This document shows positions 49,981 to 63,210 of a stretch of 64,000 bases of DNA, piece by piece. Each line of letters begins with the position of its first letter. The first letter of the stretch is position 1. The translations under genes and the position numbers were made by a program. The notes under the pieces are model-generated. The model saw only the letters and a program-made list of their open reading frames with translations, searched no databases and was not told the origin of the DNA. This DNA is from Octopus sinensis (taxonomy: Eukaryota), in assembly GCF_006345805.1 (NCBI RefSeq), contig NC_043001.1, positions 125,860,001-125,924,000 of the forward strand. The letters run 5' to 3'.

Positions 49981-51557
49981 TAGTAACATTTGATTCAGAT
50001 CCATGCAACTTAAAGTTTTGTAGAGTTGTCATGCAAACTGAGATCCTCATGCATGGAGCAGAATCAAACTGTTATTAAATACCAATATATGTACTCCTAA
50101 CCAATGTGTTGAGTGCCTCTTTCTCCTTCTGTTCACTCACTTGTGTATACACACACACATGTAAATAAATAAGCACAGGACATAGTGGTTAGGGTGTTAG
50201 GCTCACAGACTTTAGGTCATGGATTCAATTCTTGGAACAGGTAGTATATCGGACAAAGCACTTCATTTCACGTTGCCCCAGTACACTCAACTGAAAATGA
50301 GTATTTACAAACCCTGGAGATTAACCCTGCAAAGGACTGACATCTTGCTGAGGAAGTTAGAAACATTGTCAGCCTGAATGACTTGAAAATTTAAATGTGC
50401 TCCAACTATATGAGTCTGGTGTGAAGCAGACTTTGTGTGTGTGTGTGTGTTATTTGTCTCAGTAACTAGGCTACTGCTTTGAAGGATTATGTCAAACAAC
50501 TACCTTTAACCCTCTCTGGAACTACCTCCTTTTCAAATCCATTCCTTATTCTCAATATCATCCCTTCCCAATTATTTTCCATTGATCACCCCTTCTTTCC
50601 GGAGTTTTGAACTTTCACTCACATACACACATTTACATACAAACATACACATACACACGCAGACGTGAGCCCCAAAATATACTTAAAAACTTAATCGTTT
50701 TCACGTAAAAGTACTCACAACACCTCCTACCTCTCCTCCATTATCTTCATCTACTGTACACATACACACATGCATCAGCTCATACACACACTCCCTCTCT
50801 CTCTCTCTTTTTTTTTATGCCTGGTTTTTATTCTACCAATCTCTTTTGCCAAACTGCTAAGTTACAGGGATATAAACAAACCTACACCAACTATCAAACA
50901 GTGGTGAGGGACAAATACAACAAAAAGACACATACACACACACACACACGTGTTTGTGTGTGTACATGTATATATGATGGGCTTCTTTCAGTTTCTGTCA
51001 ACCAAATCCATTCACAAGGCGTTGGTCTTCAGTTCAGATATAAAAGCAAAGTCTTTATAATCTCAGAAGGTACTTGAGTCCATAATATAACCTTGAAGAC
51101 TATAGGCATTTATTCCTGTTACAGTTCTTTATTTTAACCATCATGGCTAATCGCATGCAAGTGTAGCACTTTCACAGGATATCATCTCTTCTATTTTCTC
51201 ATTTATTCTTTATCAATTTGAAATAACGCCCTCCAAAAACAATTTGTTTATAAAAGTAACTTGATGATGATAATAATAATAATAATAAAAAGACAGTCAG
51301 TCACCGGCTGACACTCGCTGACAATACATCGAAGAGGCCATGGAACAGAAGAAAGAACACACGCACCCAACACCAGAGCTGAAGACACCTCCGAAAGGAA
51401 GGGCCCCGTCATGTCAAAACGGTAGAGGAGTAAGGGCCGAAACCGGACGTGGTTCCTCCTGATGATGTCTTGAGCTAACTGGATCCTATAAAGGAGCTGT
51501 TGTGGTAGCAGACCACGAAACACGGTTGTAATTCCTCAGATGATAATAATAATAATA

Positions 51558-52796
51558 ACAGATTGTCAAGAAAGTTCTTGTGGAACTTTTAATTTTGGTT
51601 TTAAATGATGTATTTTCAAATTAATTTTATATATCACTTTAAAGCCCGTTTTGCACTCTATATAATCTTGTTACTCTTTTTCTTTTTCAATAATTAGGCC
51701 ATTTTTTCCGGAACGTTGAATACAACATAGACAAAAAGCAAATTTGCACAATCTTCTTATTCCAGTTCAAGCTAGGCCAAAAAGCCGCTGAAACAGCTTG
51801 CGATATCAACGATGCGTTTGGCCCAGGAACCACTATTGAACGTGCAGCACAATGGTGGTTCAAGAAACTTTGTAGTGGTGACGAGAGTCTTGAAGATGAT
51901 AAGCGTAGTGGTCGGCCATCAGATGTTGACAACGATCAACTAAGAGCCTTAGTGGAAGCCAATCCACTCACAACTATTCAAGAGCTTGCTTCTGAATTAG
52001 ACGTAACATATACGACAATTTCCAACCACTTGAAAGTGATTGGAAAAACAAAAATACTTGAGAAATGAGTGCCGCATGACAACCAAAAAAAAACGCTGTT
52101 TTGAAGTGTCGCCTTCCCTTCTTTTACGCAACAAGAACGACCCGTTTCTCAACCGGATTGTGACTTGCAATGAAAAGTGGATTCTTTACAACAACCGGCA
52201 ATGCTCAATGGTTGGACGCCAACGAAGCTCTACAGTCCTTCCCGAAGCCAAGGCTACACCAAAAGAAGGTCATGGTAACTGTTTGGTGGTCTGCAGCCAG
52301 TCTCATCCATCAGAGCTTTTTGGATCCAGGCAAAACCATTATAGTGAAGTACTGTCAGCAAATGGATGAAATGCATAAGAAACTCCAACAACAACAGCCA
52401 GCATTGGTCAATAGAAAAGGACCAATTCTTCTCCATGCTGCACGTCGCACAACTGACCCTGCAGAAGTTGAACAAATTGGGCTACGAAACACTGCCTCGT
52501 CTGCCATACTCACCAGACCTCTTGCCTACCGACAACCACTTTTTCAAGCATCGCGACAACTTCCTGCGTGAGAAATGCTTCAAAAACCAAGACGATGCCA
52601 ATCATGTCTTCAATGACTTCATTGTCACCAGAATGCAGGATTTTTATGCTACTGGCATAATTAAGCTTGTTTTGCGTTGGCAAACGTGTGTTGATTCTGA
52701 TGGTGTTTATCTTGATTAATAAAGTTTTGTTTAAGCCGAGATATGGGCATCTGAATTTAAAGGTTAAAAACCGCAAGAACTTTCTTGACAACCTAA
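51558..52796 (+). mobile_element. Near full-length mariner transposon (SETMAR/Hsmar1-like, cecropia-type), transposase disrupted
   Basis: ~26-bp TIRs (TTGTCAAGAAAGTTCTTG.GG) at both ends; KAAETA..INDAFG, WWFKK...DESLED..RSGRP, VPH, IVTCNEKWILY, PYSPDLLPTDNHFF motifs with stops and frameshifts. Confidence 0.92.
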
Positions 52797-53844
52797 CAGC
52801 TTCTAATTTAGGCTCAATGCCAGTGATTTGTAGGGAAGAGAGTCAATTACTTCAAACCCAGTATTTGACTGATACTTTGATTTATCAACCTCAAAAGAAT
52901 GAAAGGCAAAGTTAACCATGGCAAGATTTGAACTCAGAACATAAAAACCAAATACTAGTATAGGTACACAGTCTGAAATTTAGGTAGGAAGTGTGGGGCC
53001 AGTTTATTGTTTCGATCCCAGTGCTCAACTGGTACATGTTTGATTGACCCTGAAAGGATGAAGTCTAAGTGGACCTCACTGGCATTTGAACTTAGAATGT
53101 AAAGACAACAAATCGCTTTACTGCAAAGCATTTTGTCCGGTGTGCTAATGATTCTGCCAGCTTGCCACCTTACCAGACATTACAATAACAACATCAACAA
53201 TAATAAAATAGTAACTGTGAGCTAAACCTTCAGACAAAAGGCTCGACACAGACTGAAATTGCAAATAAATAAGTTTTCATTCCACTTACTAGTGTCTCTT
53301 ACATATTCTTGATTGTGTTGTTACTAAGCCAATTTATATGTCTTCTTTATTTTGCAAATTTACATATTTATTTCATTTTTCAACTACTGTTATTTTCCTC
53401 TAGTTGCTACGTTTGAGAATAATAATTGATATGACAATCTTTTGCAGAGCTGATTAGCTGATCTCTCGGATGTATGGCAACAGTAACAGTCAATGATATA
53501 AATACAAACAAATAGCTGGATAGAGAGATGTGATAGAAAGACGACGATGCCAAAAGAGCAGACAGATAAAATAGACTAGACAGATGTGGTTATGGCTTTC
53601 TGAAAGATTAGGAGAGGAATTAATAGACAGGTAGATGTAGGGCAGGGGTTGCAGTCAGATAAATGCAGGAAATTCAGGTAGACAGGAGTAGAGAAGGTGG
53701 GTGAGATAAAGATGTGAGACAGGGGAGTAACAGACAGGTGGATGTGAGACAAGGTAATGAGACACATGTGAAGTAGAGGAGCATCAGACAAACAGATGTG
53801 GTATAAGGGTGACAGCCAGGCAGATGTGAGACAGGGAACTGACT

Positions 53845-54535
53845 GACAGGCAGGCACATTTGAGACAGAGGAGTGACAGACAGGCAGATCTGAGACAGGG
53901 GAGTGAGAGACAGGCAGATTTGAGACAAGGGAATGACAGACAGGGATATTTGAGACGAAAGAGTGACAGACAGGGAGATTTGAGACGAGGGAGTCACAGA
54001 CAGGCAGATTTGAGACGAGGGAGTCACAGACAGGCAGATTTGAGACGAGGGAGTCACAGACAGGCAGATTTGAGACGAGGGAGTCACAGACAGGCAGATT
54101 TGAGACGAGGGAGTCACAGACAGGCAGATTTGAGACGAGGGAGTCACAGACAGGCAGATTTGAGACGAGGGAGTCACAGACAGGCAGATTTGAGACGAGG
54201 GAGTCACAGACAGGCAGATTTGAGACGAGGGAGTCACAGACAGGCAGATTTGAGACGAGGGAGTCACAGACAGACAGATTTGAGACGAGGGAGTCACAGA
54301 CAGACAGATTTGAGACGAGGGAGTCACAGACAGGCAGATTTGAGACGAGGGAGTCACAGACAGGCAGGTTTGAGACGAGGGAGTCACAGACAGGCAGATT
54401 TGAGACAAGGGAGTCACAGACAGGCAGGTTTGAGACAAGGGAGTCACAGACAGGCAGATTTGAGACGAGGGAGTCACAGACAGACAAATTTGAGACGAGG
54501 GAGTCACAGACAGGCAGGTTTGAGACAGGGGAGTG
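53845..54535. repeat. 30-bp minisatellite (CAGGCAGATTTGAGACGAGGGAGTCACAGA)n, ~22 units
   Basis: Exact 30-nt period in 53990-54500; degenerate units extend to ~53690. Confidence 0.96.
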
Positions 54536-54787
54536 ACATAAGGGGTGACAAATGAGTAAGGTGGAACAGAGAAATAGGTATAAAGTTGAACACAGAGATG
54601 TGTGGTGATAAATAAATATACCAGGAAGTGGTAGGGACAGTAATACCATGAGGATAGAATTTTAAAAGCTGCAAGAAACAGAAACAAATGATGGAGGTGG
54701 GTATATGAATACACAGATGGATGGGATAGATAGAAAATGCAGATGTATTATAAACAATTGGAAAAATGACAAACAGTTTTACACCAA

Positions 54788-55140
54788 TAGGTGCAGGAGT
54801 GGCTGTGTGGTAAGTAGCTTGTTTACCAACCACATGGTTCCGGGTTCAGTCCCACTACGTGGCACCTTGTGAGTGGATTTGGTAGACGGAAACTGAAAGA
54901 AGACCGTCGTATATATGTATATATATATATATATGCGTGTGTGTGTTTGTGTGTCTGTGTTTGTCCCCCTAGCATTGCTTGACAACCGATGCTGGTGTGT
55001 TTATGTCGGCAAAAGAGACTGATAGAATAAGTACTGGGCTTACAAAAGAATAAGTCCCGGGGTCGAGTTGCTCGATTAAAGGCAGTGCTCCAGCATGGCC
55101 GCAGTCAAATGACTGAAACAAGTAAAAGAGTAAAAGAGAG
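54788..55140 (+). mobile_element. Family A SINE with internal deletions
   Basis: Consensus match with two short deletions. Confidence 0.82.
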
Positions 55141-56261
55141 AATACATAAATTTCTACCAAAGCTGATGATGTTGTTTAGCTTCAGAACAAGATTCACCTA
55201 GTTGATCAGACCAATGAGTAACAGCTTTCAAGCCATGCTTCATCCTGTTTACCATTTTTTTTTTCTTTATGTCAGGCACTGAATATCCTAAATTATCTAA
55301 TGGGACTTTTCCATTTTGAGATGGCAGGGAGTAATTGAAGGGATAATTGGTTGCTATTTCTAACAGATTAGTCAATCTTATAGATCAGTGCTGGTTGGCT
55401 CTATTGGAAATATTGTTTAACCCAAGATCAACTTTGATTAACTAAACTTTAACAAAGGTATTCCAACCATTACCATAACCTTTTTAGGGTTAACCAATAC
55501 TCTAGAAGATACAAGAAATTTCAAAGGAAAGAGAACCACCTTAATTCAATACCTAATTGCTAATTGTGCTATTTAAGTGGCACCACCATGGATGGTTTAT
55601 TTTTAAGCAGCACCACATAAAAAGCACCCAGTACACACTGTAAAGTGGTTGGCATTAGGAAGGACATCCAGCCAAAGAAACCATGCCAAAACCGACAACT
55701 GGAGCCAGGGCAGCTCTCCAGCTCCTGTTGAACCATTCAATCCATGCCAGCATGGAAAATGGACATTAAATGATCATAGTGGTGATGATAACACACTCAT
55801 AACACCCCCCCCCCACCATCACCTTACTAAGCAATCACAGTAGTGCACTGCCAAGTGTTAACACCTATTCAGCAAACCACTGGACAAAAGCATGTACCAG
55901 TGAAAAAAATATAACACATGTGGTCATCTATAAAAAGAATAATGAATGGACACTTCAACATGATTAAAACATTGTTCCTATCATTGTTATTGTTGTCTTT
56001 TAACCAACTCTGATGAAAAATAGAACAGGACACAAGCCAACTAAAGAGTCTCCACACAGCTGCTCAACTGATGAGAAATAGCAGCCAACCTGTCCTAGAT
56101 ATAGAAATGAATGAGATGGTCATTTTTAATGATAGGTTCATTCAATCAGGGGGTTACTTAGACCTCAAGCAACAACAAGAACATAAGAGTATCCAACCTT
56201 CCAACAATGTTATTGTATGTCCAGAGAGATAGACGATTGATTCATTGTCCATCTATTATGT

Positions 56262-56705
56262 ATTTATTTACTACCCACATGGGGCTAAACACAGAGGGGA
56301 CAAACAAACGGATTAAGTCGATTACATCGACCCCCAGTGCATAACTGGTACTTAATTTATCGGCGAGCTGGCAGAAACGTTAGCACGTCAGGCAAAATGC
56401 TTAGCGGTATTTCGTCTGCCGTTACGTTGTGAGTTCAAATTCCGCCAAGGTCGACTTTACCTTTCATCCTTTCGGGGTCGATAAATTAAGTACCAGTTAC
56501 GCACTGGGGTCGATGTAATCGACTTAATACCTATGTCTGTCCCCTCTATGCTTAGCCCCTTGTGGGTAATAAAGAAATAGGTACTTAATTTATTGACCCT
56601 GAAAAGATGAAAGGCAAAGTCGACCTCGGCAGAATTTGAACCCAGAACGTAACGGCAGACGAAATACGGCTACACATTTCGCCCGGCGTGCTAACGATTC
56701 TGCCA
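56262..56705. mobile_element. Family B SINE (+, 56361-56579) inserted into an oppositely oriented family B SINE
   Basis: 14-bp TSD GGTACTTAATTTAT at 56347-56360 and 56580-56593. Confidence 0.85.
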
Positions 56706-57735
56706 AAACAGGGTGTGATGTTTTACCACCAAACTCTGTAACATCCTGAATGCACAACAAAATTACAATTTGTTAGACTATTAACCTGTGAGTGTTTGTG
56801 TTTGCCCTCTCTTCTTGGACAAGCAGTGTTTGTTTACATCCCTGTAATTTAGCAGTTCAGCAAAAGAGATTGTTAGAATTAAGTACCATACTTCAAAATA
56901 AGTACTGGGGTTGATCTGTTTGACTAAAATCTCTTCAAGGCAGTGCCCCAACATGGCCACAGTCCAATGACTGTAACAAGTAGAATACAAAAGATAAATA
57001 AGAACCACAGAAGTAATGTAATATAAGCTACAATATCTAAAAATCTGCAAAATTAAAGATTTACTATCTTTCTCAGAACAGTGTTGTTATGAACTTGTAT
57101 TTCATCTCTGACACTTAAAAGGTTTTCCCACATCTGATGTCAGAGCTTATATATATATATATATGTACATATGCAGAAGACAAGAGTTAACAAGTCTGAA
57201 CATGTTTTCCTATCAGTACTGATAGTTACACATCTCAAATATTAAGGCAGATAATCAAAATAACAAATAATTCATGTCATGTTGAGATACTATACAATAC
57301 ATGGAATTAAATATGAATGGTGTTCTCTCTCTCTCTCCCTTTCTTTTACTCACACATATACAGGGGATTTTTTTGTTTACATCTTTTTATCTAAAACTCT
57401 AAAAGTGCTCAATATTGTTGTTTAGACCCCAGATTAACCTCTAACTAAACAGACATATAGTCAAAGACACTCCAGATATAATCTTGCTTTCTCCAAGACA
57501 TAAGTGTATCCATGACCACTTGCCTAGCATAGCCACTGTTCAGTGACTGAAACCAATTAAAAAATGTATGTGCATGGTTTACATATGTATATATATATAT
57601 TTCACTACAAAGCAAATAATTCAGGAGAAAAATATTTGCAAAGATATTATTAACTCTGTTACTATCTAGTGTAACAATTAAAAATGATAACAGAACCAAT
57701 AATATAGGCGATTGCAGGCCCAAAAAAGCATTAAA

Positions 57736-58070
57736 TAGCTGAAGGATTAAAATTTATCAAAGGACATACTAAGTATGTCTACCTGCTGGAAATAATAGTC
57801 AAAACTCGTATTTAAATCACAAAAAAACAAAAAATGATAATAACTACAGAAATCAAGCGTTTGCATGCAAATGGTCAAGACAATCTTTCAACATTAGTCC
57901 AAATATTTGAATGCCTGTTGAAAGATTGTCTTGGCCCGTTTGCATGCAGATGGTTGATTTCTGGAGTTATTATCAGTGCTTTTTTCAGCAATTTAATTAA
58001 GAGTTTTGACTTATTTCCAGCAGGTAGACATATTTAGTATGTCCTTTGATTAATTTTAATCCTTCAGCTA
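57736..58070. mobile_element. Fold-back MITE-like element (~155-bp imperfect arms, ~22-nt loop), TA-flanked
   Basis: TAGCTGAAGGATTAAAA...TTTTAATCCTTCAGCTA termini; pairing continues inward to CAAGACAATCTTTCAACA / TGTTGAAAGATTGTCTTG. Confidence 0.78.
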
Positions 58071-58745
58071 TATATATATAAAACTCAACTTGTGTGTCTG
58101 TGTGTTTAACTTCCCGCCACATCTCCTCCTAGCCAACAAATCGTAGAACCACCAAAAATGGGTCACAAAGTTTAGGCGAATGAAAATTGAACTGCACTAT
58201 TTCTGTTCCGAAATTCATCTCGCAAGTGCAAAAATCGATAATGTGTTTGTTTAGGCCTTATACCATGCATTGAATAGTGAACTTTACTCAGTCAGCTGTT
58301 TGACGTGATCTGTGTTCACCACGTGTGCAAGCATGCATAAATTGCATGAAAAATATAAAAAAATCAAGATATAAAAACAAATCGCCGTAAACATTGTAGA
58401 AATTCGGCAAAGAAATGAATTTTCGGGATGTAGCCTGGAGGTTTTTTCGTATTAATCGTTTGGACTTTGTGAACACATACCAATTGTTTTCATAACATTT
58501 TTAATGCTTTGAATTAAAGGTGACCATTTTGCGTTGAGTCTGCAGTTTGAATCACTTTAACCAAATTTTAGCAGGATGGATTTTTGATCATCACGATACA
58601 TCGCCAGGAAATGTGTCATGGCCGACAGGAAGCGTCGATGCTTCCTAGGGCTAAACAGCGGTGGTGTAATTCCCTTTACGGGACTGTCCCATTAAGTTGA
58701 CAGTATACAACCACTCTATCGCTCTACCACCGCACATATCTCTAT
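58071..58745 (+). mobile_element. Possible Helitron-like insertion (5' part)
   Basis: Begins TATATATATAAAACTCAAC+(TG)n like the 5' ends of non-autonomous Helitrons and is CpG-richer than its flanks; no canonical 3' CTAG hairpin found. Confidence 0.35.
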
Positions 58746-59273
58746 GAGATATTTAGAAATTTTATATTTCTGGTTTATATATATATATCATCATCATCAT
58801 CATAATTTAGCGTCCGTTTTCCATGCTAGCATGGGTTGGACGGTTCAACTGGGGTCTGTGAAGCCGGAAGGCTGCATCAGGCCCAGTCAGATCTGGCAGT
58901 GTTTCTACGGCTGGATGCCCTTCCTAACGCCCCATCAACACACACATGGACAGAGACTATTATATATGATCATCTCTAAAAATAATGAATTTGTAGGAGT
59001 GAGTAGAAATGGGTTATTCCAACAGGTTCAATGAACAGGAACCACACAGATGTATTTGGACATAAAACTAATAAAATGGAAAAACTTTCTCCCCACTCTC
59101 TCACCTACATACACACACACGTGTGCACACGCATGCATACAGATGGATAGAGAGAAGAAAGAAGAAGAAATAGAAAAAGAGAGAGAGAACAGATATACAG
59201 CTCTTCGTTTATGCATGTCTGCTTAGATCTACAATTGGAAAGCTTTTTAACTAATTTTATATTATTAAATGCC

Positions 59274-59688
59274 ACAGGCGCAGGAGAGGCTGTGTGGTAA
59301 GTAGCTTGCCTACCAACCACATGGTTCCGGGTTCAGTCCTACTGCGTGGCATCTTGGGCAAGTGTCTTCTGCTATAGCCCCGGGCTGACCAATGCCTTGT
59401 GAGTGGATTTGGTAGACGGAAACTGAAAGAAGCCCATCGTATAAATGTATGTATATATATATATGTGTATGTGTGTGTGTTTGTGTGTCTATGTTTGTCT
59501 CCCTAGCATTGCTTGACAACCGATGCTGGTGTGTTTATGTCCCCGTCACTTAGCGGTTCAGCAAAAGTGACCAATAGAGTAAGTACTGGGCTTACAATGA
59601 ATAAGTCCCGGGGTCGAGTTGTTCGACTAAAGGCGGTGCTCCAGCATGGCCACAGTCAAATGACTGAAACAAGTAAAAGAGTAAAGAG
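59274..59688 (+). mobile_element. Family A SINE
   Basis: Full-length copy. Confidence 0.85.
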
Positions 59689-59749
59689 TATAAGAGCAGT
59701 GAAGTGGCAGAAATGGTAAAGCAACAGACAAAAATACAAATGCATTATC

Positions 59750-60207
59750 TCTCTTTACTCTTTTACTCGTTTCAGTCATTTGTCTGCGGCCATGCTGGAG
59801 CACCGCCTTTGGTCGAGCAAATCGACCCTGGGACCTATTCTTTGTAAGCCCAGTACTTATTCTATCAGTCTCTTTTGCCGAACCGCTAAGTGACGGGGAC
59901 GTAAACACACCAGCATCGGTTGTCAAGCAACGCTAGAGGGACAAACACAGACACACAAACATATACACACACATACACCAACCCGTGCTAGCGCGGAAAA
60001 CGGACGTTAAACGATGATGATATATATATATATATATATATACGACAGGCTTCTTTCAGTTTCCGTCTACCAAATCCACTCACAAGGCCTTGGTCGGCCC
60101 GAGGCTATAACAGAAGACACTTGCACAAGATGCCATGCAGTGGGACTGAACCCGGAACCATGTGGTTGGTTAGCAAGCTACTTACCACATAGCCACTCCT
60201 GCGCCTA
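59750..60207 (-). mobile_element. Family A SINE interrupted by a short family C tail (~59978-60020)
   Basis: Tail 59750-59975, head 60040-60207. Confidence 0.82.
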
Positions 60208-60857
60208 GTTACATCTCTTTACATTCTGAGTTGAAACCTAATCAGAGAAGAATCTGCCTATCATCCTTTTTCAATGCAGGAGAGTGGGGCATAAAATAAA
60301 AAGCAATCAATTTAATGGGTTGTTCCACCCATTAAAATGAATATTATTAAATTTCACATAGTCAGAATGGTACAGAAAAGGGATGGATCTACTCAGCTAA
60401 AAGACAAAGTGGAATGGGAGTCTTAGACATCAGAAGCCATCATCAGATTGAAATTAGGGAGTGGACTGTTGTACTAACAGATTAGCTACAGCTGAATGAA
60501 CAATAGGGAACTTCAAGTAATAGAGTCAGCATATATATTATCATCATTATTTGAGTTCAAATTCCACCAAGGTTGACTTCGCCTTTCATCCTTTTGGGGT
60601 CAATAAATAAAGTACCAGTTTCCCACTGGGGTAGATGTAATCGACTTAATCCCTTTGTCTGTCCTTGTTTGTCCCCTCTATGTTTAGCCCCTTGTGGGCA
60701 GTAAAGAAATACATTATTTAACATCTATGTTCCATACAGGCATGGGTTGAACAGTATAGCCTCAAGTGTGGCTGCATGGTTAAGAAGCTTGCTTCCACAA
60801 CCATGTGGTCTTTAATTCAACCCCACTGAGCAGTACCTTGAAGAAACATCTACTATA

Positions 60858-61090
60858 CCTATTTCTTTACTACCCACAAGGGGCTAAACACAGAGAGGAC
60901 AAACAAGGACAGACAAATGGGTTAAGTCGATAATTCGACCCCAGTGTGTAACTGGTACTTATTTAATCGACCCTGAAAGGATGAAAGGCAAAGTCGACCT
61001 CGGCGGAATTTGAACTCAGAACGTAACGGCAGACGAAATACCGCTCAGCATTTCGCCCAGCGTGCTACCGATTCTGCCAGCTCACCGCCT
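60858..61090 (-). mobile_element. Family B SINE
   Basis: Near-consensus reverse-complement copy. Confidence 0.82.
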
Positions 61091-61678
61091 ATATATTTAT
61101 CTTACCATTCTACTATATTCTACTATACCTCTGAGTGAATCAAAGCCTTGTGATTGGATTTAATAGATGGAAACTGAAAGAAGCCCATCGTATGTGTGTG
61201 CATGTGGGTATGTACGATTGTCTGGACATCACATGATGGTTGTGAGTGAGCATCACTAACATGTGGGCAATGTCGTTTGTTCCTTAAGGTGGTGAGCTGA
61301 CAGAATTGTTAGCACCCCAGGCAAAATGCTTAACAGTATTTCATCTGTCTTTATGTTCTGAGTTCAAATTCCATGAAGGTCAACTTTGCCTTTCATCTTT
61401 TCAGGGTTGATAAAATAAGTACCAGTTAAACAGTGGGGTCAATGTAATCAACTTCCCTCCCTCCAGTATTGTTGGCCTTGTGCCAAAATTTGAAATCAAT
61501 AGTGTTTGTTTTTTGTCTTCCCTGAAAATACATGACTGACCATAGGGGTCTTGTCTGAAAACAGGTATGGGTTAGCAACAGGAAGGGCATCTAGATGGAA
61601 AAAATCTGCCTCAACAAATTGTCATCTAGCCCATGCAAGCATGGAAAAGTGGACATTAAAACAATGATAATGAAGATG

Positions 61679-61723
<45 letters not shown>

Positions 61724-61744
61724 TTAAGTGGTAAGTGAAAATCA

Positions 61745-62135
61745 AAATCGATCAACATCAATGGAATTTGTAGTTATGATACCAGTGCCGGTGGCACACG
61801 TAAGAGAACCATCCGAAAGTGGCCGTAGCCAGCGCCGCATCGCCTGGCCTCCATGCCAGTGGCACATAACAAACACCATCCGATCATGGCCATTGCCAGC
61901 CTCACCTGGCCTCCGTGCCAGTGGCACGTAAAAAGCACCATCCGAGCGTGGCCATTCGCCAGCCTCATCTGGCACCTGTGTCGGTGGCATGTAAAAAGCA
62001 CCCACTACACTCACGGAGTGGTTGGTATTAGGAAGGGCATCCAGCCTGACTGGGCCTGGTGCAGCCTTCAGGCTTCCCAGACCCCAGTTGAACCGTCCAA
62101 CCCATGCTAGCATGGAAAGCGGACGTTATATGATG
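61745..62135 (+). mobile_element. Family C element
   Basis: Same start (GATCAACATCAATGGAA) and layout as 2010-2435. Confidence 0.75.
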
Positions 62136-62582
62136 ATGATGATACTAGCTGACATACCCAGCAATTGCTGGGAAAGCAAGACTTCTCCCTTGGTTCTGTT
62201 CTCATAATTGTTTCACTAATCCAATAACGACAATACAAAGTATGTAGCCATTAAAACGGTTTTTGTGCATTTACAGAGAATACTGAACTGTCTTACACAG
62301 GATCTTGTTTTGTGAAGTCAGTTGTAATAACATGAAATTAGTTACCCGATAGTAAGAATCCAAATAAAGTAGCCCTGAAAAGGGCTTTAATGCATTCCTA
62401 GAGTATACAGAACTTAGGAGGAAATACTAGTAAGGTATGTATACTAAAATCATGAAGCATGTTATGTAATAACAAACTAATCAGATATGGGATTTAGTTG
62501 CTATTTCTAGCAATCTGAGAAATAACAAAGAAGGTTCCTCATTGGTAATTGTGTTGGACAAAGTGATACATACATATGTCAG

Positions 62583-62614
<32 letters not shown>

Positions 62615-62617
<3 letters not shown>

Positions 62618-63022
62618 TGCAGGAGTGGCTGTGTGGTAAGTAGCTTGCTTACCAACCACATGGTTCCAGGTTCAGTCCCACTGCGTGGCACCTTGGGCAA
62701 GTGTCTTCTACTATAGCCTCGGGCTAACCAATGCCTTGTGAGTGGATTTGGTAGACGGAAACTGAAAGAAGCCCGTCGTATATATGTATATATATATATT
62801 TGTGTGTATGTTTGTGTATCTGTGTTTGTCCCCCTAGCATTGCTTGACAACCAATGCTGGTGTGTTTATGTCCCCGTCACTTCGCGGATCGGCAAAAGAG
62901 ACCGATAGAATAAGTACTAAGCTGACAAAGAATAAGTCCCGGGGTTGATTTGCTCGACCAAAGGTGGTGCTCCAGCATGGCCGCAGTCAAATGACTGAAA
63001 CAAGTAAAAGAAAGTAAAAGAA
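62615..63022 (+). mobile_element. Family A SINE
   Basis: Full-length copy. Confidence 0.85.
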
Positions 63023-63163
63023 ATATATACACACACACATACATTCTGTAATGTGGTTGGTGTTAGGAAGGGTATCCAGCTGTAAAAACCCTGCTAAAAC
63101 AGACTGGTGTCTAGCCAGCTCCTGTCAAACCATCCAATCCATACCAGCATGGGAAATAGGTAT

Positions 63164-63210
<47 letters not shown>

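Noticed and set aside
53576-54714. Three overlapping ORFs of 231-357 aa
   Set aside because: Produced by a stop-free 30-bp minisatellite; overlapping frames on both strands.
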